Position numbers and translations under genes: made by a program
Notes under the pieces: generated by a model
Seen by the model: the letters and a program-made list of their open reading frames with translations, nothing else
What the model was told of the DNA's origin: nothing
The model's database searches: none
Shown: one piece after another, positions 53,338-64,000 of the stretch
How positions within the stretch are numbered: position 1 is the first letter of the stretch
How the letters are laid out: the number at the start of each line of letters is the position of its first letter
Source: Octopus bimaculoides
Lineage: Eukaryota
Assembly: GCF_001194135.2 (NCBI RefSeq)
Contig: NC_068983.1
Coordinates: 61,547,573-61,611,572 of the forward strand
Length of the DNA: 64,000 nucleotides
Reading direction: 5' to 3'

Positions 53338-54140
53338 GCAAGAACAAAAGATATCAACCACATACCTGATGCACAAAAGGGACAGAGATGCTGGAAAAGC
53401 GGCAAAATGTGAGAATCGATGCAAACTTTGTGGAGTCAACACCAAAGATATCACCCACATCATAAGCATTTGTTCGAAAATGTCATCACGGTGTTATCTA
53501 CAAATGAGACATGATGTGGTAGCTGGGACACTGAATAATGAGATCTGTCGGAAGGATAACTCCGAGGACAAAGAAATAGGAACCCACGATATGGTGAAAG
53601 TCATAGCCACTCAATAAAAAGGAGTGCTGGTGAAATATCCCAGTGAAAACCTCAATGAAATATAGGCACAGTAGACCTGATATAATGATTTGGGATAGAG
53701 TAAAGAAACTGTACAGTTTAGAAATCAGCTATTCAGCGGATGTTAACATAAAGCTAAAGATCTGCGGAAAGAATACCTAAGCTGAACTATTGAGAAATCT
53801 GCAGTTACTCTATCCAGATTACAAGTTTAGGTTTATACCTGTAATTTTGGGGGCACTGGGATATGTAACACACTGCCTAAATACCAACCTTGAGAAATTT
53901 GGCTTCTCGAAAGGAAAAAGCTGATTCTAAGACTACAAATTCAAGCCATCATTGAAGCTGTAAAAATCTGTGAAAAATAACAGAAGTTTATCATTTAAAT
54001 ATATATGAGCATGTCTAGATATGCAACTATATGCATGAAAATATATACATTAAACAAAATATACGAATCTGCACATATACATACATGGATAGATAGATAG
54101 ATAGATAGATACATACATACATACATACATACATACATAC
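53338..54140 (+). mobile_element. 5'-truncated RLE LINE, same family as 20200-22385, bounded by (CATA)n
   Basis: QEQKISTTYLMHKRDRDA..CKLCG..ITHIISIC..RHD, RPDIMIW and FIPVILGALG. (CATA)n at 53300-53337; (GATA)(CATA)n tail to ~54140. Confidence 0.88.
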
Positions 54141-54155
54141 AGACAGACATTCGCA

Positions 54156-54275
54156 CACGTGGCGTTTAAATTCGGTCGTTTTGGTGCAGAGGACTATTTT
54201 TGCGTGCTATCGAAACGTACGTAGGTTTTTTACTTTTAATTTAAGCTCTGTAAAAATAGTATCTTCCCGCCAAAA
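54156..54275. promoter_or_regulatory. CpG-enriched patch with E-box and E2F-type site
   Basis: CACGTG at 54156-61; TTCCCGCCAAAA at 54264-75 (reverse TTTTGGCGGGAA). Function not demonstrated. Confidence 0.3.
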
Positions 54276-54690
54276 GCTTCGACCATCTCGAACAAAGCAG
54301 TTGGTTACCTTCTTTGGATACATGCAGAGAAGCGGCTTTTTACAAAAGATTGTAGCTTTAATCACACGGTAACATTGGACTGATGAACAACAGCACATTA
54401 CTACAATATGTGACATGGCATGACATGAAACCAGGATCAGCACTCGCCAGTTGTTGAACTATGAAGAAAATTACCAGTAGACTTTTGAGATGAATAAGTG
54501 TCTGTAATAATTCAATGAATAAGTTTGGAGAGATTTCTTGATCGGCAACATGAACAGCATGAGGAGGTGCTCGGATATAAAAAAGCTAACTTTTTATATA
54601 TTTCAGTGTGAAGTTATTTTGCCAGCATGCTATGTTCGTTGAAAAGAAATACAGCTCTAACTAGCAAAACCAACCATCGAAACACGCACA

Positions 54691-56632
54691 ATGAACAGCA
54701 TTAGCAGTTTGATAGATTTTGTTCTCGAGAAAAATACTAAAGGTATGAACCACGATTAAAAACCAAAGCAATAATCATAATGCAGATAGGATTGCTGCCA
54801 ATACATGGAGATAAGAACAGCTTACGAACATAAATCAATGACAGTTATAAGCAGCTCCAAACGCAGCCACTAAATTAAAGAACTATTATGACACGAGTTG
54901 ATAGACTTGCTGACTGGATGTTATCTATAATCGATCAAGTTGCTAAATAACACCCAAAACAAATTGAAACTTCCCAGGCTTGGGGCATGTCTTAGTGTTA
55001 CAATTACCATCCGTCAACAGATGGAATTAACCGACATCGATCGAAATGATAAGAAGCAACCAAAAAGAAATGGATTGGTTCTCTCGAAAAGAACATCGGT
55101 AAACTATGAGAAAGCATTGGATGTTTGGATATTATCACTGGATGTAATGTGAATAATAAACCCACGACCCAATATAGATATTGGTTCGTAGGTTTATTAT
55201 TCACATAACATCCATTACAACTTTAAAAGAGATTGTCCAAAATCTACAGATCGCACTTAAATATGAACTACGAGCAGTACATAAAAAGCTTTGTTATCTA
55301 TGAAATTACAAGAATCTAAGACTATCAGCTGTAAGTTTGCATTAAAATCACAAACTGTATATAATAGCATGAAAGACCACACCATCGACGTTGTAAATGT
55401 TACTTACAGGATGATTTTGAGTGTGGTGATGATGGTGGGTTGATAATATGGACAATTGAGTTTCACAAGGAATATCTCTCCTAAAACATAACATCGCCAG
55501 TGAAACTCTCCTGTTATTGCAAAAGTATCGAATAGAAAATTACCTGGGAGAAACTTGGTCAGAAATTGATACAGGAAGCTAACGTTTTACTTGGAAGGAA
55601 GCCCAAGCTAGTCTGTTGACAAAACAATGGATGTTGAGCTCTGACAGTTGCACAGGCGACACTCCTGCAAAAGAAACAAGGGGCATATGACCAAAAATTA
55701 TAAAATGCTACATATAAATTGTTAAATTGTACACAGGTTACTGAAGTATATTTCTCTAAGATCTCTATGAAATAATGTAGTGACTGGTGAGCAGGCAGGA
55801 AGAAAGGAATTTATTGATCTACTGAAGAAGTTCTCATCAGCAAAGATGTCTTTAAGGATGCAAAGTAGTATCATCGAAGTCTGTGTTTAGGACTAAATTA
55901 TAAGAAAGCGTTTGACTATGCTTGAGTCAACTATGTCTCACTCATAGATGCTTGAGTCCACAATGTTATTCATTCCTAGATGCTTGAGTCCACTATGCTA
56001 TAGACGATACTGTTAAAAGACAAACATCGTTGTCCATACAGTTACTACAAAGAATTCAAGAAACTAATGCTGTCACAAACAAAATTAGGCTATCGACGAG
56101 GATATTCCAGGGTGATAGCTTGTTTGGGATACTGATCGTCTTAATAGTTTGTTCTTGTCAGCCCTGTTGAGGAAATGTCAAGTTGCATGCTAGGATCTGC
56201 AAAAAAAAAAAGAAAAAAAAAGAAAGAAAATGAACGCTTCCATATCACTTTTTAGAAGATGCTCTTCAGCTGCATTTAAAGTAATATTCATGATATTGCG
56301 AGACAGTTGGCTACAGCAGGGTTGGGATATAGGAAAGGTTTTAAGTTAGGATAAATATTTATATTTAGTAGTCAATAGCTGGAAGCCTATTGAACAGTGA
56401 AAATATGCAATAGCTTGCTTTGTCTCCCCTGTTTCCAAAGAAGAATGCTAAAGATATTTTGGAGTAACAAGGGAATATTATTTACATTATTTACATTATT
56501 TACATTCGACGGATATTTGTCCTCATCTTGTTTGTTGTTAACACAACGTTTCGGCTGATATAACCTCCAGGCTTCTTCAGGTGTCTTGGGGAAATTTTGA
56601 ACCTGGGTTCCCATTCCTAAGGTATTTTTCGA

Positions 56633-56675
<43 letters not shown>

Positions 56676-57624
56676 GTTCAGGTCACTGCTTGGAATCGAA
56701 CTCGGAATTTTGGGGTTAGTAGCCTGCGCTCTTAACCACTAAGCCATATGCCCGTAGGCAGGGCCTTATTTAGTGTATTGTTAATCAAAAAGTTGAAAAT
56801 CGCTGTGTTAGAGATGTTAATACTATTGGTGACGTAAATCGTCTGCAGTCTATTTAAGTATAAGCAAACTTCAGATCGAGTCTTGGCCTCATAAGCCACA
56901 CAATGCTAATAGTATGGTGATTTCCTACCAATACAACCCGATCCACCCACAATCTCACACATCTCTTTAACTCTCTACATCAATGTAAGCCCTTTTACAT
57001 ATCCCTGATCAAGATACATGCACTCCAAATTCTCATTATTTTTTTCCAAGCGCAACCTGTACGAAACTATCACCCTCTCTCCACCAAATGCGTCATACTT
57101 GAGGAAGATGTGAGTGAAGAGGAAGGTGCCCAGTACTACTAAATTTGCTGAAAGATGGGTAAGTGTAACAAATGTTGCTACAATATGCAATGTGTATTTT
57201 TGAAAGGGGTAGGAGGCGCTTAAGGAGGAGATTTTGCTGTTATTTCTAGCCAGTTGATGGATCATATAAATATTCCTTCCTTGGCGCAGTTAGTTATGTT
57301 AATGAGTGTTTAAGAAAGCATTAGAAAAAATCAGGCAATGAAAAATACAATTAAATTTATTTTCTGCAAATTCAACCTACAAGCAGTATAGGAGAAATAT
57401 TTTAAAAGTCAAGATGTAATTCTATACTTTCGTTGATACTTAAATTCCAGAGATGGAGTTTTGTTTCTTAGAAACCGATTCCTTCTATATTGGAACAAAT
57501 CAAAGAATTAAAAGAAGAGAGGTGAGTCTACTATTATGAAGGTTTAAAGGAAGAACTCGTCTTCATGCAGTCGATTTAGAAGAAATCAGCTTGTTCTAAC
57601 AAAACTACCAGATCTTTGTACTAA
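54691..57624 (+). CDS. Tentative spliced 57-aa ORF (exons 54691-54742, 57051-57109, 57472-57521, 57612-57624)
   Basis: Donors AAG|GTATGA, GAT|GTGAGT and GAG|GTGAGT; phase-compatible chain giving MNSISSLIDFVLEKNTKAQPVRNYHPLSTKCVILEEDKPIPSILEQIKELKEERSLY*; AATAAA at 57878. No homology recognised; last acceptor weak. Confidence 0.3.
55450..56180 (+). mobile_element. Heavily decayed RLE LINE RT
   Basis: Remnants of GEQAGRK, NYKKAFD and RGIFQGDSL. Confidence 0.6.
56478..56753 (-). mobile_element. tRNA-derived SINE carrying a minimal hammerhead motif
   Basis: A box TGGCTTAGTGG (56736-46), B box GAGTTCGATTCC (56692-703), internal (AAT)n, HHR at 56540-85, tail (TGTAAATAA)x3. Confidence 0.8.
56540..56585 (-). 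ncRNA. Minimal type I hammerhead motif (Penelope-type)
   Basis: GACAC-CTGAAGA-A-GCCTG-gaggttatat-CAGCC-GAAACGTT-GTGTT; helix I GACAC/GTGTT; palindromic ACGT helix III. Confidence 0.65.
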
Positions 57625-57893
57625 CATGTGGGGCCAAAATCAACTGAAGAACAGAAGCGTAGACATATTGCAGTGCAGTGTGAGGAAACGAATCACAGAT
57701 CTTTTGAGTGCAGTTCTATTAACCTATACACCTGGCATTCTTCGTTCTCAAAACATGCTAAAAATATTCTTTCAAAAGTAGCACCATATATTCTGCAATC
57801 CAGATTCTCTTGACTTCTTCCTTCAAGAGTATCGAATGAAATAGAACCATAAAGATTAAGAAGTTCTCAGATGGAACAATAAACTATATATAC

Positions 57894-57933
<40 letters not shown>

Positions 57934-57956
57934 GTGTGTATGTGTGCGTGTGTGTA

Positions 57957-57991
<35 letters not shown>

Positions 57992-58249
57992 ATATATATA
58001 NNNNNNNNNNNNNNNNNNNNNNNNNNNNNNNNNNNNNNNNNNNNNNNNNNNNNNNNNNNNNNNNNNNNNNNNNNNNNNNNNNNNNNNNNNNNNNNNNNNN
58101 NNNNNNNNNNNNNNNNNNNNNNNNNNNNNNNNNNNNNNNNNNNNNNNNNNNNNNNNNNNNNNNNNNNNNNNNNNNNNNNNNNNNNNNNNNNNNNNNNNNN
58201 NNNNNNNNNNNNTCTTATATATATATATAAAACACTTAATTTTCTTTAG

Positions 58250-58338
58250 AAAATTATGCAGAGTCGAAGAAATCAATAGACGTAGTGGAAGTAACAGCAT
58301 GGAAAGTTCCGGAGTGGAATGTTGAAAATAAGAAATGG
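58250..58338 (+). other. Candidate internal coding exon
   Basis: Acceptor cttaattttctttag; open frame NYAESKKSIDVVEVTAWKVPEWNVENKKW; donor TG|GTATTG. Partner exon could lie in the adjacent gap. Confidence 0.25.
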
Positions 58339-58551
58339 TATTGAACGGGCATGGAGAGGGTAATATGTAATTGTTAAAATCGTCTTTTATTGATCCACGC
58401 ACTTAAAAGATAAGTAATCGATATTATTCAGTAGTCCATTATTGGGAAGAATTTTACGAGATATACGCCTCCAACTCTTTTAGCATTATTATCATTGCCC
58501 TACCTATTAACATTTAACTACGGATATCGTTACCGCCTCAAAAAACAACAT

Positions 58552-58675
<124 letters not shown>

Positions 58676-58765
58676 GGTTTCAAATTTGAACTCAGAACGT
58701 AAAGACGGACGAAATGCCGCTAAGCATTTTGTCTGACGCGGTAATAACTGTCAGCTCAACGCCTT
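58676..58765 (-). mobile_element. Meta-like SINE with its central part deleted
   Basis: Tail end ggtttcaaattt joined directly to head gaactcagaacg. Confidence 0.6.
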
Positions 58766-58787
58766 GCTGCAGCCGCTGTTTATAATA

Positions 58788-58841
<54 letters not shown>

Positions 58842-60065
58842 GGAGAGTGGAGAATATCAGCAAGAGGATTTGAAAATAACCGAGGAAATGATCAGAGATC
58901 ACTGCAAGAAGATTCCTAACTGGAGAGCGCCTGGCCCAGATAGGGTTCAGGGCTTTTGGCTTAAAAACTTGACAGCTCTGCACAAGAGAATTGCAAGATA
59001 GATGGACGAAATACTGAGTAGCGACATCCAAGTACCGGCCTGAATGACAAAAGAAAGAACGGTACTATGCCAGAAAGACTCAAGTAAAGGGAATGCGGTT
59101 GGAAATTTCCGACCAATATCTTGTTTGCCACTGATGTGGAAACTGATGACGGCCATCATATCAAACAATATCTACTACCAGTGGAACAAAAAGGGTGTAG
59201 ACGTAAGAACAGAGGAACGAAGGATCAACTACTAATCGATAAGACTATCCTGTTTGACTGCAGGAAGACAGACAAAATATTTGGTGATGGCATAAGTGGA
59301 CTACAGGAAAGCATATGACATGGTCCCACACTCGTGGATTATTGAATGCCTTAAGCTGCTTAAGGTCTCCCACAATATCCTGAAGTTAATACAAAACTCA
59401 ATGACAACGGGGCGAACTGAACTCACAGTACGGGGAGATAAGCTGAGAGAGGTAAATATCAAAAGAGGAATCTTTCAAGGGGACAGTCTGTCGCCTCTCC
59501 TATTTGTTGTCAGCATACTGCCACTAACGAGCGTTTTAAGAAAGATGCGTGTGGGGTACATGCTAGGCAGGGCGAAAGTAAACAACATGTGGCTTATGGA
59601 TGAGATAAAGCTATTCGCTAAGACTGAGAAAGAAATTCAGAGTTTAACGGTAACTGGGCAGATGATTAGCAAAGACATTGGCATGGAATTTGGGATCGAG
59701 AAATGTGGTGCAATGATTCCCAAAAGGGGGAAAATCAGTAAAAGCCAAGGGATCAAGCTGGAAAGTAATGAAACCATAAAGGAAGTCAGAGAGGAAGGAT
59801 AAGTACCTGGGTATCATTGAAAGAGATAAGATGAATGAACACAAGATGAAAGAAATGTACAGGAAAGAGTATTTGAGGAACAAAATTTGAACAAAATTTG
59901 GCAGGACAAGAAAATACACAGTCAGTTCTTGAAGAATTAAGATGAGATTGATTGGAATAGAACCTGGCAATGGCTGCAGAAAGGAGACTTAAAAGGGCCC
60001 ACTGACGCATTAGTGTGCACCTCTCAAGAACAAGCTCTCAGAACAACCTATTCCAAATATCACGG
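58842..60065 (+). mobile_element. R4/Dong-type LINE RT, 5'-truncated in (AAT)n
   Basis: [79 protein letters not shown] and SQEQALRT. Confidence 0.92.
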
Positions 60066-61729
60066 ATTTTCTCTATTACCGTCATATCTAATCACCTTGA
60101 ATCTCGCCAACCTCTATTTATTTGAGTCTAAGTCATCATCTTATCGTTGATAAAGATCTGCTGGTGCGATTTCCACAGACCTTCATCTCTTTATGATGGC
60201 TTTCTTTTTGTAAGGCCTGAGTCAGAGGTAAAAGGTGGTGTATTAGTTTTAGTGTTCTCATCTAATGCTTGAGGAGGAGATTTTTTTCTGTGGAGGTGAT
60301 AATAACGGTGAATTTCTCCACCACGGCGCAAAAGGCTTTAACGTGTATCGAATTCTCCCACACGAAACATTTGGGTTTTTCCTCTCTATAAATACCAGTA
60401 TCTGCCCGCATTCCCTGAAACCGAAAAAGTTGGGAATGTGATTGATTTTTGCTAGAGAAACCAGTATCTAAAAATCCATAAGAATTCCAGTCCTGTTGAG
60501 TTGTGGGATGTATTTCATACCCACAATCTCCCCATGCTCCAGAATGGCTAAAACACTTGCCGGATTTCGATGAATCGGTACTTTCTTGACTCAAATTCGA
60601 GCCATACTTTTACCCATATAATGGGAAGTCATTATAAAGGTCTGGAGTGTTCAAGTAATTGCTACCATTCTTCTGGTTTCTTGTTCGCTGATGCATACAG
60701 AAGCTACTTACTATACCTTACTTTTTCCTTTCTATATGTGTAGCACTGACGGCCACATTTTAGAGGTATTTTTCAGTCTCTGCCAGAGTAGGAAATTTAA
60801 GTTTCCTCTTCTTGTGAGAAAGCATTTATACACAATAGTGTTTCGTTCAGAGTTAGTTTTTCCCTCCTCACTAAGCGACAATGTAATTTTTCTACTGGAG
60901 GGTCTCTCCTTTCAGACCTTGCACCGAATGCACGATTCACTGACTAACTATCCTCGAAAAAGATAGAATTGCTCTCGTGGCTTTATATATTGTTATTGTT
61001 GTTTTCCATATAGGTTTTGTTGTTAATACTAATGTCGTCCATGTTACTGTTGGTGACTACATTCTTGTTTCCGTTCACGTTGTCGCTGTTGTTGTTGCCG
61101 AAGCTGTTGTTTTACTGTTTTTGCTGCTGTTGGTACCTCTGCTGCTACTGCTGATACTGTTGTACACATTGTCCCTACTGTTGTTATTGTTATTGTTGTT
61201 ATTGTCACTGCCATTGCTGCGGCTTGTACTGTTGTAGGTATTGCGGTCGTCATAGCAACAAGACTAAATTCCATTACCTTGATTCAATAAATTTATTTGA
61301 GCCAACTCAACTACCATTCACATTATGTTCCGTTGTCATGGTTATATTGGGCATCAAAACTGGATCACTGAAGACTGTCCATAGTCGGCTATTATTATTT
61401 TGTATTCCAACATTTTTTTAAATCGGAAAAAATACGAAATCCTTATTTTCATAAAAAATGCAAAATAACATTGAATTTCTATCCGAAAAAAAGGGGTGTT
61501 ATGAACAGAACTGCTGCTACCGTGAGCTAGACAACACCAGCGAAATAGTTATCACAAAATAATTGACTGGACAGGCCACAATAAGTCGAAACGATTGTTA
61601 AAACTCTCAAAACTCATGATGCTCCGAGTTTCCATGACTTTACAACAGCAGCAGCAGCAACAACAACAACGACGACGACGACAACAGAATCTATAACAAC
61701 AATAATGATAATAATGGCGATAATAATAG

Positions 61730-61933
61730 CTTCAAATTTCGGCACAAGGACAGCAATTTTGGGGAAGTGGGATAGTCGATTACATCGATCCCAGTGCTCA
61801 ACAGGAACTTATTTTATCGACCCTAAAAGGATGAAAAGCAAAGTCGACCTAGGTGAAACTGGAACCCAGAGATAGACGAAATGCTGTTAAACAATTTGCC
61901 CAGCGCGGTAACGATTCTTGCACTTCGCCGCCT
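61730..61933 (-). mobile_element. Meta-like tRNA SINE
   Basis: Reverse-complement similarity to 32560-32795. Confidence 0.8.
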
Positions 61934-61966
<33 letters not shown>

Positions 61967-62189
61967 CAACGATGATGACGATGATGATGATGATGATAAT
62001 AATAATAATAGTTCTTTCTACTACTGGCACAGAGCCTGAAATTTTTGGGGAAATGGCTAGTCGATTACATTAACTTCAGCGCTTAGTATTTTGTCAAGCA
62101 CAGTAGCGTATATATAATGTAAACATGTAGTGTAAACGTTTCAAACTATTTTTCCAAATCCTTCTGCATTTTACATTGAACTTTTGGTA

Positions 62190-62279
62190 CTCCAAAATCG
62201 TCTTGGTGTATAGGTCGTCCAACCATTTTTGATAAATTTCGGTCTAAAAAATTCGACTTGTATACCGGAAAATACGGTA
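62190..62279. mobile_element. pogo/Tigger-like terminal fragment
   Basis: cgacttgtataccggaaaatacgg-TA end (reverse TA-CCGTATTTTCCGG...); classification from memory of TIR consensus. Confidence 0.45.
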
Positions 62280-62370
62280 GATAATACGAAAAGAAGCAAA
62301 CTTGGACTGCCTTTGATCATAAGTCTGCTCAACCCATGTTGACCTGGGACTGAACAACTAATTAACAAAC

Positions 62371-62500
62371 ATTATTTACATTTGACGGATATTTGTCCTA
62401 ATCTTGTTTGTTGTTTACACAACGTTTCGGCTGATATACCCTCCAGCCTTCATCAGGTTCTCATTCCTAAGGTATTTTTCGATGTTATTGTTGTTGTTGT
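62371..62500 (-). mobile_element. Second, headless copy of the HHR-bearing SINE
   Basis: Aligns to 56496-56640 with a ~26-bp deletion; CTGATGA-A-GGCTG-gagggtatat-CAGCC-GAAACGTT at 62421-56. Confidence 0.8.
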
Positions 62501-64000
62501 GATCTTCCTCCTTAACAAGGCAGTGAATTATTCAGCACTATGAATATTTGAGCCTGCCCTGGTTGTTCAGCTGACTACCTGCATGACATAGCATAGGTCT
62601 ACTCGTTTTGAAGATTACCTGGCGTTAAACAGCTGCAGCGTATTATAACACAAGCTTATAAGCTCTGTTGTCAATTTCTATAAGCGGATATTAAACTGTC
62701 TTTGAACATCGCTCTAAAAGATTTAAGGTAGATTGCTGGCCAATTTGTCATTAAAGGGGAGTTGGACCAAGATAAGAATTGGAAAACACTGTTAGAGTTA
62801 CAGTGTTTGTGAGAAAAAAAAAACAAAACAAAAAAAAACGAAAAAACACTCGCAGATACAGGGTATGATTGCAGTTGAAACGTTTTCGATCATAATTCTG
62901 CTTGAACAGGACTGACCTGGAGCTAAACAAGGTAATTAATTTTCCCACTACCATCAAAGTGATGAGAAGCGTCATCCCTATCATCACCATTATCATCATC
63001 AGCAACACTACCAATCTGCCACTGCTATCACCATCTCATCACTTACATTACAAACACGAGCTCCATCACCGTCATTATCATAACCACAATCATTGCTGTT
63101 ATCAACACTCTCCCCGTCACCATGAACACATCCACTGCACTCATCAATCAACAGACATCTAGCCCGAAGTAAGGAGGTTCATTAGGACGTTTCTCTGATT
63201 GGTCTTCGATGAAAGTCTTCAAGTCGGAATATATGAAGTCTTCTAAGATACATACGTTCTGCTGGATTTTTAATCATTGGTTGATATCATTTTGAATCTT
63301 ATTTCTCAAAAGTTTCATTAGCAGGTTGATGACGTAACAGAAAAAGTAATCGAGTGGAAGAGTCAGATAAAATGCTATTAGGCATTTAATTGTTTCTCCA
63401 TATACTAAGTGGCTGAGTTCGACTAAATTCATCAACCATCCCACTTAGTTTTATTCGAAAAACAGGCTGAAATCATTCAACGGAAGAACAGCGGCTCATT
63501 CGTAACGATGATAATGTGAATTTTCTGGACGCCTAGTAAGTCAGGTATCACCTACAAGTTACAGGCCACCTCGTGTTGCATCGTACGGTCACTTCGCCTT
63601 CTGGACGGGGTGAGTTATGGAACAGCCATAAATATGGTGAGGGATATATAAACTGGACTTCAAAAAGAAATTTGGAAATGTGTGACTCCACGCAAAACAA
63701 CTGGGGTACAATAGACTACATCCGTAAACGCATTTTGTAGCCTTATGAAAACAAACACGGCTCTGGCACATTAAAAACACCTAGATCAAGAAAAATTTTA
63801 AGCAGCATGACATGTCAAAATACTAGTACAACTTTCCGGAACCCAATTGCTGTCATTAGATGCAATTCGCTCGATTACATTCGTTCTGTGTACTTGTGGA
63901 ATTATACTTGTATAAAAACCCACGTGGGATATTGGAGCTGTAGTGCCGGACTAAACGTTTTGTTATATTTATATCTATTATACGCCCAAGAGAGAGGTGC

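Noticed and set aside
54186-54230. CAGAGGA...CGAAACGTACGTA with palindromic helix III
   Set aside because: Core mismatch and no helix II pairing.
60065-60960. Unclassified segment with TPDLYNDFPLYG, reminiscent of a transposase SPDL motif
   Set aside because: One weak motif only; no other DDE motifs or TIRs found.
63183-63225. Minus-strand TTGAAGA...GAAACGTC
   Set aside because: No helix II closing pair and no helix I.

Overview
AT-rich eukaryotic, repeat-dominated window with 11 N-gaps. The SINE, microsatellite and LINE landscape looks like a coleoid cephalopod, probably Octopus; this is inferred from the repeat families, not proven. I recognise no known host gene. There is one tentative small spliced gene model at ~54.2-57.9 kb and a few isolated exon candidates. 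Most of the window is decayed mobile DNA: an L1/Tx1 RT fragment, a Ty3/Gypsy pol with PPT/LTR and a nested insertion, five restriction-like-endonuclease (R4/Dong-type) LINE fragments sitting in microsatellites, RTE fragments (one with a PHD finger inside the RT), Penelope-like GIY-YIG and RT fragments, Tc1/mariner and hAT (Buster/Charlie) transposases, piggyBac- and mariner-type MITEs, and many tRNA-derived SINEs. The most interesting signal is hammerhead ribozyme (HHR) motifs. Two unrelated type I HHRs lie in tandem at 33.8-34.2 kb with predicted cleavage sites 300 nt apart. A tRNA-headed SINE at 56.5-56.75 kb (second copy at 62.4 kb) carries a Penelope-type minimal HHR in its 3' part. All ribozyme and gene calls were made by eye and need folding, covariance and RNA checks.
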